A DNA stretch of 55,006 nucleotides, the filler included, from Sluysia triapertura (Eukaryota): NCBI GenBank assembly GCA_046118255.1. It is 4 parts of 4 records of this genome, joined end to end, with 100 filler letters (N's around TTAATTAATTAA, not from the genome) between each part and the next. Parts side by side here need not be neighbours in the genome. Positions count along the whole stretch, not along the records: positions 16,918 to 28,035 come from JBJNIA010188687.1; positions 28,136 to 40,054 come from JBJNIA010145832.1; 2 more parts are not named here. One strand, 5' to 3'. Shown piece after piece: positions 26,126-39,140 of this stretch. The position numbers and the translations under genes are program-made. How positions within the stretch are numbered: position 1 is the first letter of the stretch; the number at the start of each line of letters is the position of its first letter. A model generated the notes under the pieces. The model was not told the origin of the DNA, did no database searches, and was given only the letters and a program-made list of their open reading frames with translations.

Positions 26126-26419
26126 GAAACACCTGGAAGACGTCCTGGTGGTCCTCTGGATTCCTCTTCACTGCCAGGTGCAGTATCTTCAGGTTCTGGA
26201 AATTGTGGTGGTCCTCTTGGTACAATTTCGAGTAGTAACAATAGTGGGATGGGAATAATACCTTCAGGATATTTTCCACTTGATATAATTGGTGATGGTT
26301 GCTCTAGTTCCTCTACAAATATGACAGCTTCTACGAAGAATTCGTCGAATACTTCTGGGACAATAGGTAATTCAGGAAGCGGTAAGAAGAGTTTATTGAA
26401 AAACCTGAAGAAAAAATAA
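26126..26419 (+). CDS. Terminal exon encoding a Ser/Gly-rich tail
   Basis: Intron 26048-26125 with GTAAGT donor, CACTAAC branch point and TTTAG acceptor; 97 codons ETPGRRPGGPLDSSSLPG...GKKSLLKNLKKK*. Upstream exon not resolved. Confidence 0.5.
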   Translation, partial: ETPGRRPGGPLDSSSLPGAVSSGSGNCGGPLGTISSSNNSGMGIIPSGYFPLDIIGDGCSSSSTNMTASTKNSSNTSGTIGNSGSGKKSLLKNLKKK

Positions 26420-26749
26420 AATATTATATTGCAATGTGTTACTGACTATTATTAGTATATTATTGTATCTTAATGTTTGTTGTGATAATTAGAATGATTA
26501 CTTTTGTAATTAAGTGATGATTTTTAACATGAAACGTACCACGACCAATCAAATGACCGTTTTTAGTTTTTACTTCAAATAAGTACTATGAAATTGTATT
26601 GTTTGTTCACCATTTTATAATATGACTTTTAATTTTGTATATAAACAAATCAGTTTACATAATTAAAATGATTAACAATGACATTTTTCCTTTAAATATT
26701 TCGGATTTTTGAATTTCTGAAAAACGTTACTTTTACATTAAACTTAACG

Positions 26750-27790
26750 ATGTTTGTCATTCAGAAAATCAATAATCGAGTAGTAAATGCTGACTTATTA
26801 AATGGAATGAGAATTTTTGTCACTGTTGAAGAATAGGCTGAAAAACATCGTGCAATTAACTAAAATGAAAATAAATTGTTAGAAGAAAGGATTTTGGACT
26901 GTACAGCGAAAAGGTCGCGTTTCGAATCCAAGTAAATTCATTATACCAAGTCTAAGAATAATTGAAATTCGTAATAATTGAAACATTTCTTAGTAAAAGG
27001 TACTTTGTTTCGGTATTCAATAAACCTTAAAAAGCATACTTTGGAACAAAAAAGAGTTGTCATTATTGCAGAAGAGTCATGGCGATCTTTAACGATATTC
27101 AGAAGATCGTAAACAGTTAAGATTTCTTAAATTACGTAAGCGACTTAATGCTATTTATTACATCTGAGATGAGTTTTACGCAATAAGGAGACAAATGATA
27201 ATTTATTTTGGCATTTGAAAAGATTTTTGCTTTTTGTGAAGACATTCGTTGGTTGAGGGATAAGCATTTATGAAGTAAGTGAAGAACAACGTTCATAAAA
27301 AATGGTTTAAGTAGGCAGCTGCTATGGTTTTATGCCAAAATGTTTCAATCTATAATTGCAAAATAGTCGCCTAATAGATACGACTTAAATCTGAACGAAG
27401 GCGGACTATTAGGATTTTGTGCTAAAAATTTAAGAATGTCACGTAAGAATATTTATTTAAAAACTAGTCCTTATGTCTACGATGAATGTCATGCAATAAT
27501 GTGTTACAACTGTATCTAATATAATATATTACAACTGTAAAAAAACTAGCCGAATTATGGTCTTGTTTTTCCGAAATATATTGAGCTGGACGGTTGTATA
27601 AATCAAGTGTTATTTAGGATTTTTAACTTTACATTAGCCTTTTTAAGGTCTAATCAAAATAATTTAGTAATAAAAGTGATTTAACGAGTCAACGTTTATT
27701 AACAATATAAATTAAAGACAATAAAAATATAACATACAAAGTAAGTAAAACATATAGTAACGGTATAATTTAACTTAATATTCAGAAAAT
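26750..27790 (+). pseudogene. Decayed Cys-containing coding remnant followed by a 45-nt intron
   Basis: Fragments KAYFGTKKSCHYCRRVMA and YVYDECHAIMCYNC in broken frames; GTAAGT...TTTCAG intron 27741-27785. Confidence 0.3.
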
Positions 27791-27960
27791 TTACTTTTCT
27801 GATATCAAATTTAATTATTTTAATTTTAAATTTAAGTATTTTAAAAATAATATAATTCACTGATTTTAATAGGATTCGGTTATACGAACCTTTTAGGATG
27901 ATTTTAATAAGATTCGATGAAACAATGATTAATTTTTGATTTTAATTAGATTCTTTATAT

Positions 27961-28035
27961 CAGTGGTGTCAAAGTGGCGGCCCGTGTATTTACAAACAAT
28001 ACCAGGATAGGTACACGAATATTCATCCGTTATTT
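27961..28035 (+). mobile_element. hAT/Charlie-like terminus truncated by the scaffold end
   Basis: CAGTGGTGTCAAAGTGGCGGCCCG resembles hAT-Charlie ends (CAG(G/T)GGTGTCCAAA..GCGGCCCG). Confidence 0.5.
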
Positions 28036-28135
28036 NNNNNNNNNNNNNNNNNNNNNNNNNNNNNNNNNNNNNNNNNNNNTTAATTAATTAANNNNNNNNN
28101 NNNNNNNNNNNNNNNNNNNNNNNNNNNNNNNNNNN
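28036..28135. other. Artificial scaffold linker
   Basis: N44-TTAATTAATTAA-N44. Confidence 0.97.
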
Positions 28136-30159
28136 TTATATAAGTAAAAAACATTTATATTTTATGGATCGCAATGAGGAATCTTTTTTAAATTCTCTTC
28201 AATCATAATGATACTGTTGCTATATTACGAATTTTGAGTTTAAGCTTTTAAAATTTTCTTTATTCTCAATTCGTAAAACTTAAATATAAAATCAAAAAAT
28301 TCAAATAAAACTTTAACAACTTAACAAAATAAAAATAAACTTATAATAAAATGCAACTTAGTAGATCCATAAAACTTAAATATCGAAGTATGTGAAACTC
28401 AAATTTAAAGTTAGAAAATGTATCAAATAAGTAAAACCTAAAAACAACTTATACGAATTTTATAATTCGAAACTTATAATGAATCAAACTTATAAAACCG
28501 TAATATAAATACAAATTGAACTTATAAATATATCCAACTTTATACTCAAACACTATTCAATATTCAAATTCACTATAAAATTCTTATAAATGTATCTAAA
28601 ACTTCAAAATGCAATAAATGTACATTTTGAGATACTGAAATACAAATCAAAATATAGAACTTAATGAAATAAGTAATTCGAAACTTTTAAAATCAAATCT
28701 TAATCTTAACATCAAAATGAAATCATATTAAATATCAAATCTTGATCAATCTTTGTATCAAGGTAAATCGAAGTAATATAAAAACTCGATTTCTAAATCG
28801 CAAACTTTATATCAACTTAACAATGTGAAATATGTAATATGATTTATGTCAGAATTGTCACGTTTAAAATTTAATAAATTTAAATTTGATTAAAGTAATT
28901 TCCAAAAAAGATATGATGATAATAATAATTTTGCAATAATAATATTAAAATAATAAGTATAAAATAATAATAATTATTATAATTATAATGTTAAGATATC
29001 TGATGCATCTAGAAGATAAAGTACAATTCTAATTAACAATGTAATAATAAAAAAAATAATAATGATAATACTAATAATGTATCAAATGTATTTAGTACAT
29101 AAAGTACAATTCTAAGTTCTACAATAATAATAATCATCATCATAATGTTGTGCGTAATTATTTGAACTTTGTAATTATTATTGATAAATAATGTGTATTA
29201 TTTTATGATTAAATTTTATTTTGAATATTTGAATTGGAACATTTATATTTGAATTTTATTTTTTGGAAATATTTGAAGATTTTTATTTTTGGAAATATGT
29301 GAATTAAAGTAAGAAATTATATATTAATTAATTAAACTAACGTAATAAATAAAATTTAATGTTTTGTTTTAATAAATTAAGCTTTAGTGTTTTGTTTTAA
29401 TCTGAAGGTCAGATTAAAAGCAATTATAAATATACTTGCATTTTATAAAACAATTCACAATTTTTTAACATAATTTTGTTATTCGTGGTGGACAGTTTTG
29501 GAGCCAGTTCACTGTTTAATTCCAAATAAACTCTTTTTCGTGTTACGTTAGTTTCATTATTATAAGTTACGATATTAATAATAATATCAACGTAAAATCA
29601 CACGTAAAATCTTTTATTAAATATTTGGATCTTATAATAGATCCTACGAAAAATCATTTACTAAATTTTTTACTATATTATTTTTAAATTTTAACCCTTA
29701 TTGAGTTAAAACACGTAAATTAATATTATTGTACTATACGTTTTATTATTACTTCGTAATTGTTTCATAATAAATTATTAAAAGCGAGTTTTATTCAATT
29801 TATTTAGCTATAAATTATAAAATCAGTAGAAGGAAGTGTTTTCAACAATTGAAATTTAAATCCAATTATGTAAAATCTTTTTAGATTCCATTTCAAAGAA
29901 TCTACGTAAAATAATTCAAATTATGTTTGGTAAAATCTCATAAAATTTCTTAGTATTAAAACTTACCTCCAGACATTTTTAATATAAATTAGCATCACTA
30001 GCAAATTCCTTTGAGCATTTCTTTTAATCTTACTCAAAGATCCTTTTATTCGTAAACCCAACGGCTTGTCCTAACCGGTAAGCCCAGTACGTTGGTGAAT
30101 TCAAGTTAAAATTATCTCTTTATTCTATTACTTTACTTTTAAATTTCTCACAATAATAA

Positions 30160-30322
30160 TAATGTTGGGATTGACCAACTGTAGATCAGGAGATGAATGA
30201 GAAACATATACATTTAGTAGATGAAGTACAATTCTAAGTTCTGATAATAGAAATAATGTTATACTTCATAAAATGGACTGACCGGGGATCGAACGAGGGA
30301 CCTCTCGCTGCGCAGTTCGATG
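30160..30322 (-). mobile_element. tRNA-derived SINE-like remnant (3' half of a tRNA-Ala-like head plus body)
   Basis: Minus strand GCGAGAGGTCCCTCGTTCGATCCCCGGTCAGTCCA contains a B-box/T-arm. The adjacent body motif AAGTACAATTCTAA(GTTCT) recurs at ~29019 and ~29102. No 5' half or A box. Confidence 0.6.
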
Positions 30323-30371
30323 ATTAAAAACATGTATTAATATAATAGTTTTCGACTCTTCTTTCTTCTAT

Positions 30372-31750
30372 TCAGGGACCTTGTAGGACATGGTCGCGGT
30401 ATGCGTTATTCGAGGACTCCACAGCTAGTCGTGCACACTGGTGCGAGGGTCTTGATTTCGGTCTTGTGGAAGCCAAGTGCCTTGAAAAACTTGTCATTCT
30501 CGGAATCCCATGACACCAAGGCTCCAACGACACCAAGAGGCACCTTGCACTTCAGTTGTTCATGCAGTTTACCCTGACGATCAGCATACTTCGCAATAGT
30601 GATAGTTCGGATTATTTCGAAGGTTTTTTTCAGGACCATGGGAGTCATGATATCAAACAAGAACAGTTGGGATGAGGAAGTACCCATGGCCTGTATGTCA
30701 GGTCGCCGAGTGTCACTGATAATTGGTGTAGGTGAATCCTTATTCCGGTTATTTAGTTTTTGACTTCGAGATAAGTTCGGTGTATTTGATGTTCTTGTTT
30801 AGTAAATCATGAATTCTGTACCGTTTATAGTCACTAAATTGAACGCCAAGATATAGAGTTTCGTTTTCGCTGGTGACACATGAATCGGAGTATTTTCGAT
30901 GAGTATGGAATATCTCGAGTCCCGGGATGTTATAGTTGAAGAAGCATTTCGTAGGCAGGAATATGAGGTTGGCTGATTTCGCATTTTGGACAACTCCGTT
31001 AACAATTTGTTGTAGTCCATCGAAGGTAGTGCCGATGAGGGCTATATCGTCAGCACATGCTACGTATGGAAGAAATTTCTGGTCATCAGTTATTTTGATG
31101 TAGTCATCATCCGTGAACTGGAGGACAGAATAGTGTCATGGACAATGGACATCCTTGTTTCACTCCATACATGATCGGTACGGCTTTAGTTATAATACCA
31201 TTGAATTTGTAGGTGATACTGCTGCCTTTATATAGGTCCTTCAGGATGTTCAGGGTTTACTGTTGGAGTCCCATACTTGAGAGTGTATGCCATATTAGAT
31301 TGCATTCGCCAAGTCGAGAAAGACAATGTGTAATTCGATTTTGCGCGATTTATCGACTCCACTATTTCTTTAAGTGAGTGGAGTAGGAAGTTGTGCTCGG
31401 TGCATCCATCTGATTGGAGAAGAGCAGCTTGGTGTGTACTAATGAGGTTGCCACTTTTGATCCATGCCAGTAAGCGGTCATTCAAGATCTTGGCAAAGAC
31501 TTTATAATTGCAGTCCACTATAGGTATATGTCTCTGTGAAGCGACGTCTTGCGCCAAGTCATATTTATTGGGTTTGATTATCAGTAGAGTGTTGTAGTTC
31601 TTCCAAGCAGTCAGGAATTTTTGGTTGATCAAGATTCTGTTAAAAGTTGACCAGTGGGATCGGAATTTCTTAAATTCTCAAATGTTATGACTTGGTTGTG
31701 GCCTGATGCTGAGTGGTGAGGATCTCAATCTCCAGGATGGTATCAGTACT
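30372..31750 (-). mobile_element. Decayed, internally deleted RLE-type non-LTR retrotransposon (NeSL/Utopia-like)
   Basis: RT motifs QAALLQSDGCTEHNFLL, FLDLANA, YGVKQGCPLS, YVACADDIAL. Endonuclease motifs RRPDI...LFDIMTP...AKYAD, VVGALVSWDSENDKFFKALG, SSNNAYRDH. Frameshifts present; zinc knuckle not seen. Confidence 0.85.
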
Positions 31751-32039
31751 CATATAGTGTATGAATGTTGGCAGGTGAACTATCAGCCCCGTTTAACAAT
31801 TTTGTTTTATTATAGTCAATATTTATGCATGGCACTTTAGGCCTTTGTCTCAACAAACAACAACAAAACAGTAGCAACGATTAATAATGCAAATGAGAAG
31901 ATCCATGCTTTAAGGAATTTTTGAATTTATTTTATAATTAAAAATAATATTATTTTGGGAAATTTTATTAAAATAGTTTTTGTTTGTATTGTTTTTTTGG
32001 AAATTTATATTTGATTATTATTACGAAATAATCGTGAAT

Positions 32040-32290
32040 AATAATTAATATTTTTCTTAGTGTTTGTTGCGTCACTCGTGGTTTCATTAGATAGATTGTT
32101 ATATCCTTGATACTATTATAAACGTTGTTACTCATTTTTAGTATTGTCTAATGGAGATTTATAATAATAATAATAATAATAACAATAATAATAATTTGAT
32201 TTTTGTTTAACGAGTAAATTATTGTGTTGTTATTGATTTGATTTTCAATGGCTTAATTTTGGGGTGAATAATTATTATTATCAAAGTTTG
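32040..32290 (-). repeat. Inverted copy of 44360-44600
   Basis: Reverse complement shares AAGCYATTG.AAATCAAATCAA...ACACAATAATTTAC...TTAAACAAAAATCAAA and GAGTGACGCAACA.ACACTAA. Confidence 0.8.
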
Positions 32291-32401
32291 AGAATAACTG
32301 AAAATTTATATTTAATATAGTGACCACTTAAATTATTGCGATTTTATTAAAGTTAATTAATTTGATATTGATTTAGCGTAATTAATAATTTTCAAAGACG
32401 C

Positions 32402-32447
<46 letters not shown>

Positions 32448-35400
32448 TGGAGATCAGTGTTATTCAAGATAGATATTTGATTTAAATTAGATGCCTTATT
32501 CTTATCGTAAGTTCTCTATGATACTGGACTTACTCACTGAAGGACCAGCATATAGACTTTCAGCTTAAGAAAAATAAGATTGGAGGTATATGTTTAGACT
32601 TATTCTTAATTTTACGTATTTCTTAATTCTAGATGCTTACAGCCACTAAGTTTTCTTCATCTTTTATAATTTAAAGAATAAATGGAATATAGTTATGATT
32701 CGAAGGATGCAGAATATTAATTTCAAGTGCTATTTTATTTTCCAGAAATTATCAAAATGTTAAAATGTTTAATAATATCCAAATCTTTCAAAAAAGGCAT
32801 AAGAAACGATATGATCAATTTATTAATATAAACACAAAAATCAATGATATCAGTTTAATTATATATTGATATATAAAAAATATATCCTGATATATTATAT
32901 ACTGATTATATAAAAAAATTATATACTGATACATATGACAAAATGTAAAATCAAACTTATATAGGAATACAAATTTCAATCGTCAAATGCGTTTATGTAA
33001 TATCAAATATACAAAAGTTATCTTAAATAAAAATATCACACAGAATACTAAATATTAATTTACACAATATTTAATAATATTAACTTTATAATTATAATAT
33101 TAAACTATCATAATTTATGAAGGAAAATTTATTTTGTAAATAAATATTACTAAGTTATAATTTAAAGTGTAGTTTATGCAATTAATTTAAATTTTTTCTT
33201 AAAATTATCAGAAGACTAATGAATAGTTAAGGTAAACTATTAATGTGAATTTCCAGAGATTAAATTGATAAATAAAGTGTGATTTCTTTTCTTCAAATAA
33301 AATATATCTTCCAACGTATAGACAATTTAATTTTCTCTTCCAAATATAAACAATACAACAAATATAAACTATAGTTTTTTATTTTTTTATTATGAATAAA
33401 ATATAGTTTTCTCCAATTGTAAAATATATCTTCTTAAAATATGAAATATAATTTTCTTTCAAATATAAACTAAAATTTTTAATATACTTGTAAAATATTA
33501 TTCAAAATTTCAACATTAAATACCTTTTGATATAGAACAAAGTACAGGTTCATGAATGAAAATGTCCTAATTTAGACATAAATGATGATAAGTCTTACAT
33601 AGTTAAACTCTGGAAACACAATTACAGAATAAACAAACATCACAATTCATAATAAAACCATAAAAAATATTTTATACTTGATAATGTCTGCATAATATTA
33701 ACACTTTGTAGTTATCTTAATAATACATTAATCATGTATTTATGTATGTTTACACAATTCAATAGTTATGCATAATAATTAAATACATTTTGTCGCATGA
33801 ATTGATTTAGTCTAAAAATAGATTGTATATTATATGTGGTTTGATGTGATTAAATTTTAATAATAATACAAATGATAATAATAATAAAAATGATAATAAG
33901 ATTAATGATAATAATAATGATAATGATAATAATATTAATGATAATAAGAATAATACTCATGATTGTTTAAACTGTAACATAATGCTCAATTTTAATCTAA
34001 GATTATTTTTCAAAATTAATGAAATACAATAAAAATTTAGTACTAATTATAATTTATACATAAATACATAATGATTAAAAAGTACATAGAAATAATAATT
34101 TTTACTTTAAGATAATGATGCCTCTACAGTATATTCAATTATAATAATAGTAATTTTATAATAATTACTTAAGAGCATCGTCTTAGTAATTATCTATTGT
34201 TGATTTTAAAGGCTAAGTTAACCAAGCCTTATTAAGGTCTTGCAACAATATTAAGAGTGTAAGTCAAATTTAAACTTTCCTTATATGGTACAGTTTATAA
34301 ATCCTATATAAAGACGAATTGCTTATGCATGGAAATACTATGAGAACTGTCTCTGAAGAGATGATCTGCAAAGTTATCGTGTCAAAAGCGATCGAAAAAT
34401 TTATGTCCAAATATGATTATTTGAATTCTTTTTATGCTGTTTTCTCTGTCGCGAAATTGTATATTTATATTTTTTACTTCATTAAAACAAATTAAGTAAG
34501 AAAAACAAATTATTTTAGAATAAAATATCCAATAAGAATTGAATAAAAATTTTCTATACCTTTTTATAGTAAAAAATTTTTAAAAGAAAATTTTTATATT
34601 GATTTAATAATTTATTAAATTATTGTAATATTTAAATCAAAAGTAATCAAATAATAATATAGTTAATACATTATTTACATAAAATATTATATAAATTGTT
34701 CATTTATTTATTTATAATTGATCACAAAAGTCCATAAAAAATAATCATAACAGTCATATCATAAAAAGTCACCCTCACAGCAATATAAATTAATTTGAAT
34801 TTTTATTTTTTCAAAATTTGTTTCTGTAGAGGAATGATCATTCCGAATCAAAAGAAAATAAGCATAAAAATACAACTTAGCTTTAATTACATCATAGTTG
34901 ATAAAAAACAAACAAGTATTTCATCTAAAAATTGAAGAAAATATTCAATTATCATGTGCATAATTTGTTGTTGATTTGTACAATTAATTATAAGACTTGT
35001 TTATTGTTATACAAATGATTAATGCAGTATCAAACTAGAATCATAATAGATTCAGACAAACAGTTATGTGAACGATCAATGCTTATATAACCCATAACCC
35101 TGCCAAATTACGATGATCGGTTTGTTCACATGAAATATGATTGTAAAGATTTGGCCATTTATCTCGATAACATTTTCATGTTTAAAATGTATCAATAATT
35201 TAATTTTATGATGAATTCTTTGACTCTATGATTGATGTACAAAAAGTAAAGTCTTCCATAATAATGATTCAGAAGTTATAAAATAAAACTGGATATATTA
35301 AACATGGACTGGTGAATAACATTTAAAATAGTAATAATACCTTGCCCACCATGCGAATTAATGCGGATCTCGAAGGTTTCCCGAAACGTACAATTCATCC

Positions 35401-35576
35401 AACAGATGTCAAGTTCTTTGTGTCTAGACCTAATGAATTTTTAGCAATGAAGTTATAGTCGATAGTAAGACTTAATTTTCATGAACATATTACTAAGCCT
35501 ATTATGTTGCATTCTTCTACATTTATGATTTTATTAGTGGTCTTATTGTCTTTTATATCATTTCCTGATACGTACA

Positions 35577-36900
35577 TGTAGTGACCAACCTTAATAACCA
35601 CTAAAATTTTAATAAAAACTAATATCCTTTTCTTCTCTTTTCATTGTACTTAAACAGACACACATCTATCTATTACATACCTTTTAAAACTAATCTATAT
35701 CCACAATTTTACAACATCCAAATTATATTAACCATTTCACCAGAAACATTACTCGACAATCACAACAATCCAACAACAAACGCATTTGAAATAATATATT
35801 CAATACTTTCGAACCCTTTATTTTACACTACACTTTAATAATTAATACCTAATATTTAATAATATTTATTCATTAGTTTATTTGCTTAACCCAAATCACA
35901 ATCACAAACTTACAATACATGAACCATAATCACATCTAATACCATTTCACAACACCAATAAATCTACTCGAAACATATAAAATACCTACTTCATATCTTC
36001 GAATCAATCACAACATTTAAAACTCACTATGCATCTAAGCATAATCATCAACAACACAGTACAACAAAAACATCAAATAAATGAATCACACAAAACATTA
36101 TACAATAACATCTTAAATATACCAAGATTTATATTGTAATTGTCCTTTTAGATTCATTAAATTACAATCTTCTCAATAAGCCTTTCATCCACGATATTTC
36201 AATACATAAAATTTGTTTTCAAATATGAACTTCAATCACTATCGAAGAACCTATTCTAACATTCTTTATTTTATTTCAAGACTCAAATCAATTATTATAT
36301 CTTCATAGGTTAATTATACTTACCAATTCACTCGAAACAATTATTGCTCAGATGCTTATTCCAAAGTACATTTTTTATTCATTTTAATGTCTTACAGACC
36401 TTCAAGAAATTAAAGAAAATCGTATACAGTTTTGAAGAATTCAATTTTATATAATGAAATAACAACGATAACTCGAGCATAGTACACCCTGTTATCGTTG
36501 CTGTTTTATATTTTATATTTTATTTTTTATGTGTAAGAAGTATATAAAAGAAAGAAAAGATCGTATTATATTATTTTCAAAGAATTTTATGCATTATCTT
36601 TGATTTTCTTTTTATTAATAATAATAACAATATTATTGTTATTATTATTATTATCAATTATTAAGTTAATTATTGTACAGATTTTATAATCATTAAAAAC
36701 TTGTTACTACCACCACCAGTGTTGACACTACTCATTACAATTTTCATTAAAGTGTCAACACTGATAATGGTCAATCATCAGCGTTTTTGGTTTATACATC
36801 TAAATTTGTATATTCTGCCTGTCATCCAATCAGGTAGAATTTCACTAATTATATATCACAATCCCTGATTGGATGAGGAAAGGCAAGCTAAATAAAGAAT
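35577..36900 (+). mobile_element. Cassette copy C leader
   Basis: TGTAGTGACCAACCT 35577-35591; ~800-bp G-poor tract; perfect stems CAACGATAAC/GTTATCGTTG (36463-36500), CAGTGTTGACACT/AGTGTCAACACTG (36717-36763), TCATCCAATCAGG/CCTGATTGGATGA (36822-36876) inside TGCCT/AGGCA. Confidence 0.65.
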
Positions 36901-36922
36901 TACACAATTTATTTGTACAAAA

Positions 36923-38032
36923 ATGATTAAAAACAAGACTTTCCTTAAATTTCATACTATACATCTCATACTTAAATCTCATACTATACATCGTTCCTAC
37001 ACTCAATCAGAACTGGTCAATTATCATCGAAATTTGCAACGTAATCAAATGATTTCAAATATTGTTATACGAAGTTATGAATTATTAGATTTAATGTCTC
37101 ATATGAAACAATAGACTTTTAATGAATTTCAGAACCTACAGAATGCACGTACTTGCAATTTTGCTACTTCGGATTGCCGTTTGAAATATTTACTTAGCCT
37201 GTATGAAGATATACAGATATGTTACAATATTTTACATTTATTATCGAATTTTATACATAACAATTTAAATATTCAAGCTTATTTATTTTATTGTCAATTT
37301 AACCGAAAAGATTATTTACAAAATTTTCATTTATTGTCGTCACAAATGATTTTAGTAAGTCGACGAGTTATATCGCAATTCTCTTTAGTATTGTCACACT
37401 CAGAATTCTCGCTCCCTTTACGTCAAGTTCGTTGGCAAATACTATTTAGTATCGAAAATTTCCAAATATACATCGATGTTCATTCAGTAGAAAAGTCACA
37501 AAAATTCAATCGTGATCACTGTTCATAAGAATTATTTAGTTTTGATTTTGTTAATTATTCATTGGATCATCAAATTATTAGCATACAATTAATGTCGTTC
37601 AGTACTATGTTATATAAATTTACGTTGGAAGGATTAATTTTGTTTACTAATGATGCCAATCGTTATTTAATTAAAATAAAATATTTTAATGATTCGTTGA
37701 GTAATCGGTGGAGTCAATATATAACATTGATGGACAAATATGTCGTAAAAGAAATTAGTGATAAATTATACGATTCCGAAAGAATGTTATCATTTGCAAA
37801 ATATTCACATTATAGAGCTATCGAAATGTATAAAGATAAGGTAGTTATATCTTCGTCGCTTTCAGATAAAGAATGCAGTTATTTAATAGAGCAATTAGTT
37901 AACAATATGATCACATTAGTTTTTAATTGATGGCGAATGCTAAGAGATCATTATCTTATCCGGCAATCATTTTCTTCGGGTGAACAAATACGGTTGACAT
38001 CCACCAAAACCTTAAATATTGGAAGATACTCG
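36923..38032 (+). pseudogene. ~370-codon single frame with 3 stops; gamma-tubulin complex component (GCP4-like) C-terminal domain
   Basis: ORFs at 36923, 37181, 37562 and 37937 share one frame. VSRRVISQ...LRQVRWQILFSIENFQIYIDVHSVE...FSFDFVNYSLDHQIISIQLMSF resembles GCP4 SVRRVQ...LRNHMAFLVDNLQYYLQVDVLE...RDFESIRLAHDHFLSNLLAQSF as recalled. Intron 38033-38087 follows. Confidence 0.5.
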
Positions 38033-38479
38033 GTAAATTTTTATTATTCGTGTATAATTAATAATTATAATATCTTTTATTTTTTAGATTGTAATTATAA
38101 AGCTAGGATTCGCGAACTACAATGTGGTGCAATGACAATCATTATGTCAGCAAATTTATCATTACAAGGAAATATAAAATATATGTTTAGAATTCATTTT
38201 ATATTCAATAAAATCTTTTTCTTTATTTCTTATAAGGTTTTTATTACTCCTTCAAAAAGTTAAATTATTATTACTTCAAATCCAAGTTATGAACTATAAT
38301 GTAGAGAATAATAGGAACAATTTTACAAATATGTTTTAGGTCAATTGATAACAAACGTAACTATATTTGCCTTATATTAATAACTTCCTTCTCTGCAACA
38401 TCAAAACTCGAATATATATCGTAAGAGATTAATCTATAATAAAAACTTTATTATTAAATTTAAAATTAAACATATTATT

Positions 38480-39140
38480 TTTAATACTCGGCCGAACAAA
38501 TACACTACCAAACCAGTTTCAGCAGAATATCAAAAACAAACCTCCAAATTGGTATCTAATTTTAAACATTTCAAACTTCTAAAGTACAAATAATATAATT
38601 CTCCATATAAAATATCAGAAATTAAATTTCGTGGTAATTTTAAATACCGTAGTAATTCAAGTACAAATATAAATACAAATCCCGTAAATATATGTCTTGG
38701 TTTTAAGTGAACTTTAGTCAAGCTTGAACATATTCAAATTATGTAAAATTTCATAATGATCCAATAAAGGCTATGAGTACTATTTAAACTCTGTGTAATT
38801 ATTTTAAGATGCGTAATGTAATGTGCAATAATATGGTCTTTCTGAGTCCTTTAAGTGATACTTTAAATGATTAAATACCTTCAAAATATCGAAACCCATT
38901 TTAAAATGTCATACGACATGCGTCGCAAATTTTGGACAAATCTTTTCTTATTACTATTGTAATCTTTCTCTCACACTCTGAAATTAAATGTACAAATGAG
39001 CCAGTTAACTTAAACAGTTCAGAAAATAATAAAATGACTAGAAACATAACACATTTGAAAACACTTGTAAATATATCATGTATGGCTCTTCTAACCATTT
39101 GTCGTATAATAAGATGCTTGATGAAAGGAAAGCCCTAATT
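38480..39140 (-). pseudogene. Possible decayed coding remnant convergent on cassette C
   Basis: ORFs 38901-39098 and 38530-38721 with protein-like text between them; no family recognised. Confidence 0.25.

Noticed and set aside
26122-26404. Dual-coding antisense ORF opposite the Ser/Gly exon
   Set aside because: Third codon positions coincide, and the sense peptide has no Gln or His and one Tyr, so antisense stops are unlikely anyway; splice signals are stronger on the + strand.
30274-30322. Functional tRNA gene
   Set aside because: Only the 3' half is present and the T-stem is imperfect.
34350-34410. Hammerhead-like CTGAAGA...GATCGAAA
   Set aside because: Stem I cannot form.
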